Assembly (NCBI GenBank): GCA_963825335.1
Contig: CAWGSP010000001.1
Span: 282,292 to 346,291, forward strand
DNA length: 64,000 bases
Source: an uncultured Methanobacteriaceae archaeon
GTDB lineage: Archaea > Methanobacteriota > Methanobacteria > Methanobacteriales > Methanobacteriaceae
Reading direction: 5' to 3'
Made by a program: the position numbers and the translations under genes
Part shown: positions 21,034 through 32,308 of the stretch, in pieces
Layout of the letters: each line of letters starts with the position of its first letter
How positions within the stretch are numbered: position 1 is the first letter of the stretch
Notes under the pieces: model-generated
The model's input: the letters and a program-made list of their open reading frames with translations, nothing else
What the model was told of the DNA's origin: nothing
The model's database searches: none

Positions 21034-22627
21034 TTAGTTCCTTTTATTGGCGGGTTCCATATTAACGGATCTACCCTTAATTTTTGCCCCACGCATGGAA
21101 GAAATAACTTCACTAGCATTGGTTTGTGGTACCTCAACAAATGAAAATTTGTCAAAGACATCTATTTTTCCGATGGATGAACTTGAAAGTCCTGTTCTAT
21201 CAGCTATTGCTTTAATTATATCCCTTGCCTTGGCTTTGTCTTTTCTACCAATGTTGATAAAGAATCTAACTTCTCCAGGACTGGCGCCTGTGTCACCAAA
21301 ATCTTCGGGTATTGGATTAGCGTTGCCATTACCGCCAGTTTTTTCCATAACAATTTTAAGTAGAGCTGCGGCTGTTTCTACAGAGCTGTAATCCTCTTCC
21401 ATCATCTTTTCAACCATGTGAACTTCTTTGTCAAGTTTTTCGTTGTTTATTATGCGTTTGATCCTTTCAAGGAAGTTGGTAGTTTTAATTTCTTGAACAT
21501 CCCTGATGGACGGTATCTGCTGTTGTTCGATCTTGGTCTTAGTGTATCTCATTATGTCTCTGAGTTGATAAACTTCTTTTCCAGACACGAATGTGAAAGC
21601 TATACCAGTTTTTCCTGCCCTTCCTGTCCTTCCTATCCTGTGGACATAGTATTCATCATCATTCGGGACATCATAATTAAATACCGCTTCAACATTCTCA
21701 ACATCTATTCCACGTGCTGCAACATCTGTAGCAACCAATATCTCAATGTTACCAGATTCTGAATTTGGACATGACACTGTCTCTCTGTCTCTGGCTCATG
21801 TCTCCATGAAGTCCGTCTGCTGCATATCCCCTTATTTGAAGATGACTTACTAGTTTGTCCACTCTTCTTTTAGTATTACAGAATACAAGGGATAATTTGA
21901 AATCATTTATGTCTAACAAACGTGACAAGACATCTAATTTCATTTTTTCCTTCACTTCAAAATAGACCTGTTCTGTTTCAGGGACTGTTAGTTCCTTAGG
22001 AACAACCTTCAAAAATTCTGGGTCGTCTTGGTATCTTCGTGTTATGTACAAAATATCCGGGGACATTGTAGCTGAGAAAAGCAGTATTTGTCTCTGGTCG
22101 GGTATGTAATCCAGGACAAACTCTATATCTTCCCTGAATCCCATGTCAAGCATTTCATCTGCTTCGTCAAGTACCAGTACCTTTACATTGCTCATATTTA
22201 GGGTTCCGCGCCTCATGTGATCCATAACCCTACCAGGTGTGCCTATTATAATCTGCACGCCTTTTTTAAGAGCTTTAATTTGTCTTTCTATCGGCTGACC
22301 ACCGTAGATCGGTAACACACTCACACGTTTCATGTATTTTGAGAGTTTTTTGAGTTCCTCTGCAACCTGTATTGCAAGTTCTCTGGTTGGGCACAGTATA
22401 ACTGCTTGGAGATCCCTTTCAGATGGGTCAACCATCTCCAATATTGGTATTCCAAAGGCTGCTGTTTTACCAGTTCCTGTTTGAGCTTGACCAGTTACGT
22501 CTTTTCCTTCGAGGACGTGTGGTATTGCAAGGGATTGAATTGGAGTGGCCTCCTCAAATCCCATGTCTTCAACAGCCCTCAGTATTTCGCTAGATATATC
22601 TAAATCTTTAAATTTAAGTTTTTCCAT
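21034..22627 (-). pseudogene. DEAD-box ATP-dependent RNA helicase (CshA/DeaD-like with a DbpA-type C-terminal RNA-binding domain); the frame is broken by one extra A near 21757
   Basis: The N-terminal ORF carries the Q motif, AQTGTGKT, DEAD and SAT. The C-terminal ORF carries [14 protein letters not shown] and [10 protein letters not shown]. The junction TTCAGA-A-TCTGGTAAC reads [14 protein letters not shown] if one A is skipped. Confidence 0.88.
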
Positions 22628-22943
22628 TTTATCTTCCTTTTAGCTTCCTGGAAATCTATAAAACAAATAGGTAATTTTTTTTATAAGTCAAAATGTTAGT
22701 CTTTTCGAAGTTAAAATCTTGAAATCAAAAATTAGTACCTACTTCAATTTGAAATCCCGGAACTATTTTATTTATTCTAATCTAATTATTTAATAATAAT
22801 ATTCTATTGTTAAATATTGATTATCTCCACTTATAATACTATGCAAAATTTTGGACAAAGTGGTCCGAATAATTAATGAATTTTTACTTTGTTAAAAATA
22901 ATAATAAAACCTGAAAGTAATTTATAAAAATAAATTACTCAGT

Positions 22944-24854
22944 TTAATGTGTTATTGGTTTTTGTGATTTAGGTATGATAGATTTGGGGACTATATCAGT
23001 AATCTTTTTCATTTTAGTTACTAATCCATCTTTACCGTTACCTATGAGTGCATTTTCGAGCACTTCACTCATGTTCTTAACTGGTATGATCTCGATCTTG
23101 CTTTTGTACCGTTCTTCTATTAGCACATCGTCCATGTTGGATTCTGGTATGATGACCTTTTTCATGCCTGCTTCTGCTGCAGCTTCGATCTTACCTGTAA
23201 CTCCTCCAACAGGCATCACATCACCCCTAACACTGAGCGAACCGGTTAATGCAACTGACTGGTCTACCGGCACATTTTCTAGGGCAGATATAACTGCTGT
23301 TGCTATGGATACACTTGCACTATCACCTTCGATTCCATCGTAGGCCTGCAGGAACTGTATATGTATATCATGGTTGGATATATCTGTGCCTGTGTTCTTT
23401 TTGATCAATGCACTTACATTTTGAACAGCCTCTTTAGCTATTTCACCTAGTTTACCCGTGGCAATTATTTTACCTTCATCCTTACTTTGAGCAGGAGCAG
23501 CTTCAGCTGCAATCGGTAAAAGGATACCGCTCCTGTCACCAATAATAGCAAGTCCATTAACCCTTCCAACTTCATTGCCTTCAGATTTAAAGACACTGTA
23601 GGTTTTTCTCTGGACTATGTATCTGTCTGCTATCTGTTGTTCTAGTGTTCTTGCTAATTTTTTGGAACTTATTACGTGTGCTAGTGTTACACTGTCGGCC
23701 CCTTCGCCCTTGGCTATGTCTCCTGCAGCCCGCACAAGACCACCAAGATCCCTTAGTTTGAGTGTGAGTGCATTTTTTTTGCCTGCTCGTCGTTGCGCTT
23801 CCCTGATTATTTCTGCAACTGCTTCGCGGCTGAAGTGAGGTATTCTACCGTCTTTTTTAACTTCTTGGGCTATGAACTGCACAACTTTGTCCCTGTTCTC
23901 GGGGGTGTCCTTCATCGAGTCTTTCATGAAAACTTCGTAACCATAACCCCTTATTCTAGATCGCAGTGCTATATGCATCCCTTTAAGTACTTGAAGGTTT
24001 CCCGATGCAACAAGAACAAAATCACAAGGTACTTCTTGAGTACGTACCATGGCACCGCTGCTTGTTTCACTTTGCCCAGTTATGGAATATTTCTTTTCCT
24101 GCATAGCAGTTAAAAGCTCCTGCTGGGTTTTCATCTTCATTGTACCTATTTCGTCGACGTAAAGCACACCTTTGTTTGATTTGTGTATCATACCTGCTTC
24201 AACACGTTCGTGTGCAGGTGTTCCGAGCCCACCAGACTGGTATGGATCGTGCCGGACATCGCCCAGAAGGGCACCAGCATGAGAACCTGTTGCGTCAATA
24301 AATGGCGCAGTATTCTTACTTTCATTGTTAACAAGAACTTTCGGAACCATTATAGTACTTCGGGGTTTCATCTGCATTATAACTATCAAAATAATACCTG
24401 CAGCTATTATACCCGTAAGGTATTGTTTTTCATAGAATGCGAACAATAAAACAGCACCAACAACTACCATTGTTAGCATGTTCTTCTTTTCTTCCTGAGC
24501 TTTGGCCTTAATTTTGTAGCTTACAGCTAATTTCTTGCCTTCACCAGCAGGCATGGCACCAATAAGTGGGTTATGGTTGTCTTCCATGTTCGGATAAACT
24601 AGGATATCTTGAAGCTCTTCAGGTGGTAATAACTCTGCCATTCCCTTAGCAAGCATAGATTTACCTATTCCCGGCTCGCCAATCAAAAGAACATTTCTTC
24701 TTTGTTTGGCAGCTTTTATAACCGTTTCTACAGCTTCTTCCTGACCGATTATCTGGTCTATTATCCTGTCAGGAACTTCTATGTCTCCCGAAGATTTATA
24801 ACTCTTGAAATCGAGTTTTTCTTTAAATGAACTGGTTGAATTTAAATTTGCCAT
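22944..24854 (-). CDS. lon: archaeal membrane-bound Lon protease (LonB)
   Basis: Walker A GEPGIGKS, a hydrophobic insertion with two TM-like segments, and a C-terminal Lon protease domain (GDSASVS). Confidence 0.93.
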   Translation of the reverse strand: MANLNSTSSFKEKLDFKSYKSSGDIEVPDRIIDQIIGQEEAVETVIKAAKQRRNVLLIGEPGIGKSMLAKGMAELLPPEELQDILVYPNMEDNHNPLIGAMPAGEGKKLAVSYKIKAKAQEEKKNMLTMVVVGAVLLFAFYEKQYLTGIIAAGIILIVIMQMKPRSTIMVPKVLVNNESKNTAPFIDATGSHAGALLGDVRHDPYQSGGLGTPAHERVEAGMIHKSNKGVLYVDEIGTMKMKTQQELLTAMQEKKYSITGQSETSSGAMVRTQEVPCDFVLVASGNLQVLKGMHIALRSRIRGYGYEVFMKDSMKDTPENRDKVVQFIAQEVKKDGRIPHFSREAVAEIIREAQRRAGKKNALTLKLRDLGGLVRAAGDIAKGEGADSVTLAHVISSKKLARTLEQQIADRYIVQRKTYSVFKSEGNEVGRVNGLAIIGDRSGILLPIAAEAAPAQSKDEGKIIATGKLGEIAKEAVQNVSALIKKNTGTDISNHDIHIQFLQAYDGIEGDSASVSIATAVISALENVPVDQSVALTGSLSVRGDVMPVGGVTGKIEAAAEAGMKKVIIPESNMDDVLIEERYKSKIEIIPVKNMSEVLENALIGNGKDGLVTKMKKITDIVPKSIIPKSQKPITH

Positions 24855-25378
24855 AATTTATGACGGCCTCCTGAATTTTGCAAACACAAAAATCAAAGTG
24901 TCTTTTTAGAATATAACACTAAATATATGCTATCAAGTTAGCTTATCTTTATTTATATTGTTTATTAGTTATGTTCACTTCTTGTATATTTAAATTTGTT
25001 TTATGAATTTTCAATTGCTTGAATAATAATTATTTTGATCTCGATGTATTAGTATATCCTAAGACTTGGGTTTTTTTTATTTTAGTTACTTCAGGTATAT
25101 AAAAATCATGGTTAAATAATTTTGTTTATGATATTAATTATAGAATAAACATTTTGATATGAACTACTACCAAGATCGTGTTATGTTCAATAAAGATCTT
25201 ACAACGAGGGAATAAAAAAATTTACTGATTTGGACCATCTATAACAGTAATATTTTTGCGGAAATATATTATAATAAACAAAAAAAGTGGTATGATATCG
25301 AAACATTGAAACAAATACCAAAGTACATTAGAATTATGTTAAAGATTAATTTATGAATATCATTTGGAGGCTTAAATT

Positions 25379-26908
25379 TTGCATCCTGAAAACAATAAAA
25401 CATTTATTATGATACAGGGAACCTCTTCAAACGCAGGCAAAAGTGTTGTGGTTGCAGCACTGTGTAGAATATTTGCAAAAAGAGGATATCGGGTTTCTCC
25501 ATTTAAATCCCAAAATATGTCACTCAATTCATTTACAACTAATGAAAATGCTGAAATTGCAATGGCACAAGTGCTTCAGGCAGAAGCAGCTGGTGTGGAA
25601 CCATCGTACAACATGAACCCTATACTACTAAAACCAAAGGAGGATTTCATATCCCAAGTCATAGTACATGGAAAACCGGTAGGAGATATGAATTTCTACG
25701 AGTATCAGAACAACTATAGAGAGGATGCACTAATAGCAATTCAAAGTTCGCTCGATGCTCTGAAAAATGATTACGACATTATCATCATAGAAGGCGCAGG
25801 ATCGCCCGCAGAAATAAACATGTTTGACAAAGACCTAGCCAACATGCAAATAGCCCGTATGACAGACGCAGATGTGATATTAGTTGCTGATATTGATCGG
25901 GGAGGTGTTTTTGCGTCCATTGCAGGCACATTTTCTCTCCTGCCACCCGAAGATAGAAAACGAATCAAAGGAATTATAATTAATAAATTCAGAGGTAATT
26001 TGGACATTTTAATCCCAGGTATAAAACAAATAGAAAGTATTGTAGGAGCTCCGGTACTGGGAGTTTTACCCTACGATGATAGTCTTAAACTACCAGAAGA
26101 AGATTCTGCATCATTATCGGAACACAAATACAATCCCGATGGAAAAATTACCATCGGAGTGATAAGACTTCCCAGGATATCTAATTTTACCGATATCGAT
26201 CCATTGGAATACGAACCAGATGTTTCGATAAAACTGATTGAGATGTCAGATGAAATAGGAAATATTGATGCATTGATAATTCCCGGGACAAGGAACAGTG
26301 TAAGCGATCTTCTGGCCCTTAAAGAATCTGGACTAGCTGAAAAAATAATCCAGTTAGCTCCCACCATACCTATTTTTGGAATATGCGGCGGATATCAAAT
26401 ATTGGGCAGAGAAATAATTGACGAAAACTTTAAAGAATCTAAATATGGCAGTGTTGAAGGTTTAGGACTTCTTCATGTTGCTACCAAGTTCGAAGACAGA
26501 GACAAAATTGTAACCCAAAGCAAAGGCAAAGTCACAGGTTCGGGAGTATTTGCAGATTTAAACGGGGAATTTGTCGAAGGCTACGAGCTACACGAGGGAC
26601 TATCATATCTAGAAAATTCTGAACCACTACTAAAGGTTGTGATTGGATGTGGAAACAACATTGAATCGGGTTATGATGGTTCGGTATTAGGGCTAACTGC
26701 CGGAACATATTTCCATGGAATCTTCCACAATTTTCACTTCAGAAGATATTTCACTGATTATTTAAGATCTTCTAAGGGATATGAAAAACTCGGTTTTGTT
26801 AACGATGATTTTGAAGAGATGAGAGAATTTTCTATCGAAAGGCTCGCAGAGATCGTGGAAGAAAATATTGATATGAAATTTATCAACAACAAAATTAAGT
26901 TAAAATGA
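25379..26908 (+). CDS. cobQ: cobyric acid synthase
   Basis: GTSSNAGKS P-loop and a C-terminal glutamine amidotransferase domain (GICGGYQ). The TTG start lies 8 nt after GGAGG. Confidence 0.92.
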   Translation: MHPENNKTFIMIQGTSSNAGKSVVVAALCRIFAKRGYRVSPFKSQNMSLNSFTTNENAEIAMAQVLQAEAAGVEPSYNMNPILLKPKEDFISQVIVHGKPVGDMNFYEYQNNYREDALIAIQSSLDALKNDYDIIIIEGAGSPAEINMFDKDLANMQIARMTDADVILVADIDRGGVFASIAGTFSLLPPEDRKRIKGIIINKFRGNLDILIPGIKQIESIVGAPVLGVLPYDDSLKLPEEDSASLSEHKYNPDGKITIGVIRLPRISNFTDIDPLEYEPDVSIKLIEMSDEIGNIDALIIPGTRNSVSDLLALKESGLAEKIIQLAPTIPIFGICGGYQILGREIIDENFKESKYGSVEGLGLLHVATKFEDRDKIVTQSKGKVTGSGVFADLNGEFVEGYELHEGLSYLENSEPLLKVVIGCGNNIESGYDGSVLGLTAGTYFHGIFHNFHFRRYFTDYLRSSKGYEKLGFVNDDFEEMREFSIERLAEIVEENIDMKFINNKIKLK

Positions 26909-26921
26909 AAAATATTTAATT

Positions 26922-27578
26922 TTAAGTGAATTTTTTCGTAACATTTTTTATTGCATGAGTTTTAGCTAAGATAGATATTCTATCTCCTTTTTTAAGAATC
27001 ATCCCATCCTTCGGTATTTTTATATCACCATTTTCATGTATGGCTGCGATTATATATTCATTGGTCGGACTCAATTCACCTATTGTTTTGTTGATGACCT
27101 TACTGTTATTCACACTGATCTCCAAAAGTTCGGCATCTCCTTTTCCAACAACAATAAGATCGGCAATCTTTGGACGGGTTATTAGTTTTTCTAAATATCC
27201 TGCAGCAGTGAGCTCGGGACTGACAACAACATCGATCCCTACTTTATGGAATGCATCTTTATGATCTGGATTGCTGACCCTTGCGATCACCTTGGGTATC
27301 TTATAATCTTTTACTAGTATGCATGAGAGCAAGTTAGCCTCATCATTTCCTGTTGCTGCCACAAATACATCGGCATCACTAATATTTGCTTCTGATAGTG
27401 TCTTTATATTTGTTCCATTACCGCAGATTACCAGAGCATCGAGTTCGTTTGCTGCATTATGGCACAAATCTGAATTATTTTCAATCAGACTAACATCGTG
27501 TCCCAAAGTAACTAAAGAAGAAGCCAGTGCAAATCCAACTCTTCCACCACCCATTATAACTATATACATTGTTTCCAC
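26922..27578 (-). CDS. trkA: potassium uptake protein TrkA (NAD-binding TrkA-N + TrkA-C)
   Basis: IMGGGRVG Rossmann motif. Typical 218-aa size. Confidence 0.88.
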   Translation of the reverse strand: METMYIVIMGGGRVGFALASSLVTLGHDVSLIENNSDLCHNAANELDALVICGNGTNIKTLSEANISDADVFVAATGNDEANLLSCILVKDYKIPKVIARVSNPDHKDAFHKVGIDVVVSPELTAAGYLEKLITRPKIADLIVVGKGDAELLEISVNNSKVINKTIGELSPTNEYIIAAIHENGDIKIPKDGMILKKGDRISILAKTHAIKNVTKKFT

Positions 27579-28016
27579 CTATTTTCCCATATTAAACATG
27601 TATTATCATAAAAAATGTTGTCTTGATTCAATTCTCTTAATTTTCTTTCTTTAAATTACTCTACATATAAACTATTTGATCCTTTATCGAGTAATAAATA
27701 AAAGATTAGAATAGATAAGCTGATTAAGGGATTACAAGTATTAATCAGGGTATTACAGTAATTTTTTTTTGGTTCTGTGGAATCTCAATAAAAAAAATTG
27801 TTGTTTATTAATTGATGTTGTGGAGGGTAAACTAAAATTTATAATCTATTTTACATTATTCATACGGATGATCTAATATTATCCAACAAAGGTCGATATA
27901 AATTAATTTTTTATATTTCAAAATTTAGTTAAATCTGATCTAAAAATTGATGATTCAACCTAAAAATTTATATACCATTAGGCCAAAACCATGGTATGTT
28001 GTCAAAAACAATCTAT

Positions 28017-28166
<150 letters not shown>

Positions 28167-28849
28167 TTACTATAATTATATGCTTTTTTTGGATTTGTTA
28201 TTGGTTGAAACTTGTTTTTAATCTAGTATGATTTAATGATCCCAGATATTATGTCATAATAGTTCTAATATTTTTAAATTGATATGCGTAATAGGTTAAT
28301 TTTTTACCATTATTCAACTCATCTAATCAAACAAAATCTTTTATTATATGATTTTTCTGAATTTAAGAATAATTCATGTATCGGTGGCATTTATTTTAAT
28401 ATTTTCTGTCCAAAATTATATAAAAATTCAGGAAAACCAGCGAGAACGCAAAATCACTATTCTAAGATGTTGTTCATTTAATAAATTTGCCAAAAAAAAT
28501 TCTAATTAATTATACATTGAAACAACGAAATACAGTTTAAGGCGCATATATGGAAGATATACAACTCAATGAAACAATCCTCATTCTTTTTAAGTAAGTT
28601 TTGAGGTAAATGAACTATGAACAACAATTATTTATCTGTTTATGAGCTCAATAATTCAGTAAATAATAATTTCAATAAAAAAAAAATACCATAAAAAAAT
28701 TAAAAACTTTTATCAGATCATGATAAATTCCAAACAAAGGTAGAATAATAATACATCCTATTAAGAAGTTCGGGCAGATATTAATGTACCAAAAAAAAGT
28801 TGGGTTCTGTAGAAGAAATAAAAATATATATTCACCGATTTTATATAAG

Positions 28850-29444
28850 ATGAATTTTATGAGAGTAAAACTGGAAAAATATAACCTGAATGGGAATCTT
28901 TCTTTAGAATTGAGAAAGAAAAGCTTTTAAATGTTTTTGGTTCTAGTGTAATTAAAATAGAACATATTGGTAGTACATCCATCCCCGATATCTGTTCGAA
29001 ACCTGTAATTGACATCATGATCTGTGTTGAAAAAGAAATGCAGTTAGACAGCAATGTTGCTAAGATCATAAGCATCGGATATATTTATACGCAAAAATTT
29101 GAGATCTTAATGCCTTTTAGAAGATATTTTTCAAGCTTGAAGATCAGGATGTTCCACATCCAAAGGTAGTTGGTTTCGATGATCCTGATATTAACAAAGA
29201 AAACAATGAAGACCGTTTTCACATCCATATGGTTAAAATTGGTTCAGATTTCTGGATTAAACAGTTATTATTTCGAGATTACTTGAGAAATAATATTAAA
29301 GCAAAAAGGGAATATGAAAATGTCAAAAAAACCCTTGCAAAAAAGGAATGGAATAGTATAAATGAATATGCTGAAGCAAAATCGGATTGCATAACAAAAT
29401 TATTAGAAGATGGGAAAAATGCAAGAATTAATTCCAAAAATTAA
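28850..29444 (+). pseudogene. GrpB-family (UPF0157) gene carrying two frameshifts
   Basis: Three consecutive frames encode M..MRVKLEKYN, then EWESFFRIEKEKL...IEHIGSTSIPDI...PFRRYF, then KLEDQD...RFHIHMVKIGSDFW..FRDYLR. The breaks fall at a CC run (about 28885) and a T5 run (29127-29131). Confidence 0.8.
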
Positions 29445-29534
29445 GCACTAGATGGGTAAAAAAAAATTATTATTTATAATTAAAAAAAGATCACTAAATA
29501 AGCTGATCAATACTAATTCTTAATAAATTAGGAA

Positions 29535-29936
29535 TCAAGGCGGTGTGAGAAGTTCTGCAGCCACCATTCTACAAATATCCGTTTTTGTAATAACACCAAC
29601 TGGTATATTGTCTTCTACAACAAGAAGCCCTGAAATATCCGCCCGTATCATTAAATTGGCAGCATCTTCGATCCCACTAAATATATCTATGGTCATTACA
29701 TTGTCGGACATTATGTCAGATATTTTGATGGATGACATATCTTTGTTGGTGGGTCTTAGACTTCCCAGCACTCCTATGAGATCAGAGTATGAAACCACCC
29801 CCATAGGGTTTCTATCATCATCCAATACGAATAATCTGCGTACACCCTCCTTATACATCTTCTCAAAAGCATCTAAAGGCTTAATTTCGGGATCAACGGT
29901 TAGGACACCCTTATTCATGGCTTCTTTCACTTTCAT
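29535..29936 (-). CDS. CBS-domain pair protein
   Basis: Two CBS repeats (MNKGVLTV..., IMSDNVMTI...). Confidence 0.85.
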   Translation of the reverse strand: MKVKEAMNKGVLTVDPEIKPLDAFEKMYKEGVRRLFVLDDDRNPMGVVSYSDLIGVLGSLRPTNKDMSSIKISDIMSDNVMTIDIFSGIEDAANLMIRADISGLLVVEDNIPVGVITKTDICRMVAAELLTPP

Positions 29937-30291
29937 TCTACCTCTCCAATATAAATTGAATGAATCATTACCTAGAATTACTATACATTAGTTAATTTTT
30001 AAGATGATTAATAATTATTGGTATGCGATTTTAATATTTTTTATAAAAGTTAAATGAAAAATTATTATACTAGTTTTTTACATGTGAGTATGTGAACTCG
30101 ATAAAATAATGAATATAATAGTAAAAAGTATTAACTATTAATTATTAATATATATGCATATACGACTACGTACTATTTGATTCATATTATGAGTATATTG
30201 TTCGGTTTTGAACAATTTTTCATTTGAAGGAAATATTTAAATAGTGCTAAAATTAGTATTATGGTATTATAATTGGGGAGGGAATAAAGTG

Positions 30292-30702
30292 ATGCGAATT
30301 AGTATGTCATTGCCTAAAAAGTTATTAAGTGATTTTGACGATGTATTAAAAGATAGAGGTTATCAATCTAGATCCAAGGGGATAAGAGATGCTTTAAAAG
30401 ATTATATCGTGAGATATCAATGGATGAATGAAATGGAAGGCGAGAGAATAGGTATCCTCGCAGTAATATACGACCACCATTACACAGGTGTGATGGAAGA
30501 TTTAACAGATATACAGCACGATTTTAGAGATTATATAAATGCTGTAATGCACGTACACATGACAGAAAAATACTGTCTGGAAGTCGTGGTTGTTAAAGGT
30601 GATGTTAAATATATACGTGACTTAACCGAGAAAATCATGAGATTAAAGGGCGTTGAACACGTCAAACTCACCAGTACAGCAAGTGGCGAAAAGATCGATT
30701 AA
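30292..30702 (+). CDS. nikR: nickel-responsive transcriptional regulator NikR
   Basis: MRISMSLP ribbon-helix-helix N-terminus and a C-terminal His-rich metal-binding domain (HH...H.H). The ATG at 30292 follows GGGGAGGG. Confidence 0.9.
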   Translation: MRISMSLPKKLLSDFDDVLKDRGYQSRSKGIRDALKDYIVRYQWMNEMEGERIGILAVIYDHHYTGVMEDLTDIQHDFRDYINAVMHVHMTEKYCLEVVVVKGDVKYIRDLTEKIMRLKGVEHVKLTSTASGEKID

Positions 30703-30848
30703 TTAATATCATGAGTTCACGGGCTATAGGACTGAAAAAAACTTTTATATGATGTTTCTGAGATTCCAATTTTATGAATCATACAACGATCTCTATGAAG
30801 GTGCAATAAACGTCCTATCACCAAAACCTCACATCTGACTATGCAAGA

Positions 30849-31574
30849 TTGGCCGGATTTTATGAAGTTATTTTAAACAAAGCAAGGGGAACTGTATTTG
30901 ATTTAGGGACTGGTTCCGGAATTTTGACGGAATTTGCTTCCCCCCATGCTGATACTATTTATGCAGTTGAAATAAATAAATCCGTTGCAAAGATTACCAA
31001 AACTAAACTCAAACACCTTAAAAATGTTTTTGTTTTGTGTGGTGATGCCAGTAAAATTACTTTTTCTAAAAAGGCCGATATTATCATCTGCGAAATGCTT
31101 GATACTGCACTCATTGATGAAGAACAAATTCCGGTTCTGAATCATGCAAGAAAATTTCTAAAAACCAGTGGAGAAATTATTCCGTGCGGAATAATTAACT
31201 GTGTTGAACCTGTACAGGTGGGAACAGAAACCATATGCTACGAGGAGAATGGCAGCCCCCAAAACGAAGTCTTGGGAATCCCAATATTTTATAGTAAAAT
31301 TAATTTTACTGACAAAACTGATGAAAACTTCGAAAAAACTATTGATATAAAAATAAATAAAGAAGGAATAGTTTCAGGAATAAAAATTACTACATTCACA
31401 TTATTATCAAAGAATATAATTTGCGGACCCACGCCCATGTTAAATTCTCCGCTTATCATTCCACTAAAAAAATTAAAAGTTGGCAAGGGTGACGAACTGA
31501 AGTTAGATCTGAGTTATAAAATGGGTGGGGGTTTGGAGAGTGTTAGAGCAGGAATTAAAAAAGTTCACAGATAA
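30849..31574 (+). CDS. class I SAM-dependent methyltransferase (PRMT-like core); the N-terminus is probably incomplete as drawn
   Basis: Motif I is VFDLGTGSGIL and motif post-I is AVE. The ORF-track start is a TTG only 16 residues before motif I. See the finding on the upstream region. Confidence 0.75.
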   Translation: MAGFYEVILNKARGTVFDLGTGSGILTEFASPHADTIYAVEINKSVAKITKTKLKHLKNVFVLCGDASKITFSKKADIIICEMLDTALIDEEQIPVLNHARKFLKTSGEIIPCGIINCVEPVQVGTETICYEENGSPQNEVLGIPIFYSKINFTDKTDENFEKTIDIKINKEGIVSGIKITTFTLLSKNIICGPTPMLNSPLIIPLKKLKVGKGDELKLDLSYKMGGGLESVRAGIKKVHR

Positions 31575-32013
31575 TTATGATAAGATCCTATTTTTATGTA
31601 TAGGAAATGATATGCGTGGAGACGACGCTGTAGGTCCTTTGCTTGCAAAAAAACTGACCGAAATATTCAGAGAAAACAGTCAAATTACTGTTTTGAATGC
31701 TAAAACTGTCCCAGAAAACTTCACAGGACTCATCAAAAGAGAGAATCCGTCCCATTTAATATTATTAGATGCTGTTGAAATGAACAAAAATCCAGGACAC
31801 ATCAAACTGGTCCAAAAAGATGAAATAGTGAATTACAGCATATCAACACATGCAATGCCAGTATCATTTCTTATCAAATATTTGGAAACGAGTATGGATG
31901 CAAAGATGCTTTTAATCGGGATACAACCTAAAAATATGGAGATGAATGCTCCAGTATCAAAGGAAGTGGAAAGTAGCATCAATAAACTGTCAAACATAAT
32001 GAGTATGCTATGA
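31525..32013 (+). CDS. hydrogenase maturation endopeptidase (HycI/FrhD-like)
   Basis: LCIGNDMRGDDAVGP signature. A GTG at 31540 after GGTGGGGG is an alternative start. Confidence 0.85.
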   Translation: MGVWRVLEQELKKFTDNYDKILFLCIGNDMRGDDAVGPLLAKKLTEIFRENSQITVLNAKTVPENFTGLIKRENPSHLILLDAVEMNKNPGHIKLVQKDEIVNYSISTHAMPVSFLIKYLETSMDAKMLLIGIQPKNMEMNAPVSKEVESSINKLSNIMSML

Positions 32014-32308
32014 TTTTGTAAATAAAATTGTTCAACAACATATCTTCATGAATATGATTAACTTTAACCCGAATATCAACAATAAAATCGATGCGGATCA
32101 CGTATCAAAATATTCTTTGGTAATTAATACTAAAAAATAGCACATATCCTGCCAGAAATAATTATCAAAGAAGTTCTGTTTTTAATAAATGATCTCATAT
32201 AAATAAAATGCAAATATACTAAAATAATATTAAGATAAAAACCATCCTAGTGCATATCAGTTTGTTACATATTTTAATTTAAAGGTTTTATAGCCAATTA
32301 GTGATAAT

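Noticed and set aside
24855-25378. Possible cobalamin riboswitch or other leader upstream of cobQ
   Set aside because: I could not find a B12-box-like conserved core or convincing nested helices. There are only short AT-rich inverted repeats.
28167-28850. Integrated element or att-site scar next to the tRNA-Gly pair
   Set aside because: I could see no integrase fragment, no direct repeat of the tRNA 3' end, and no phage- or plasmid-like ORFs. It is retained only as a low-interest finding about gene decay.
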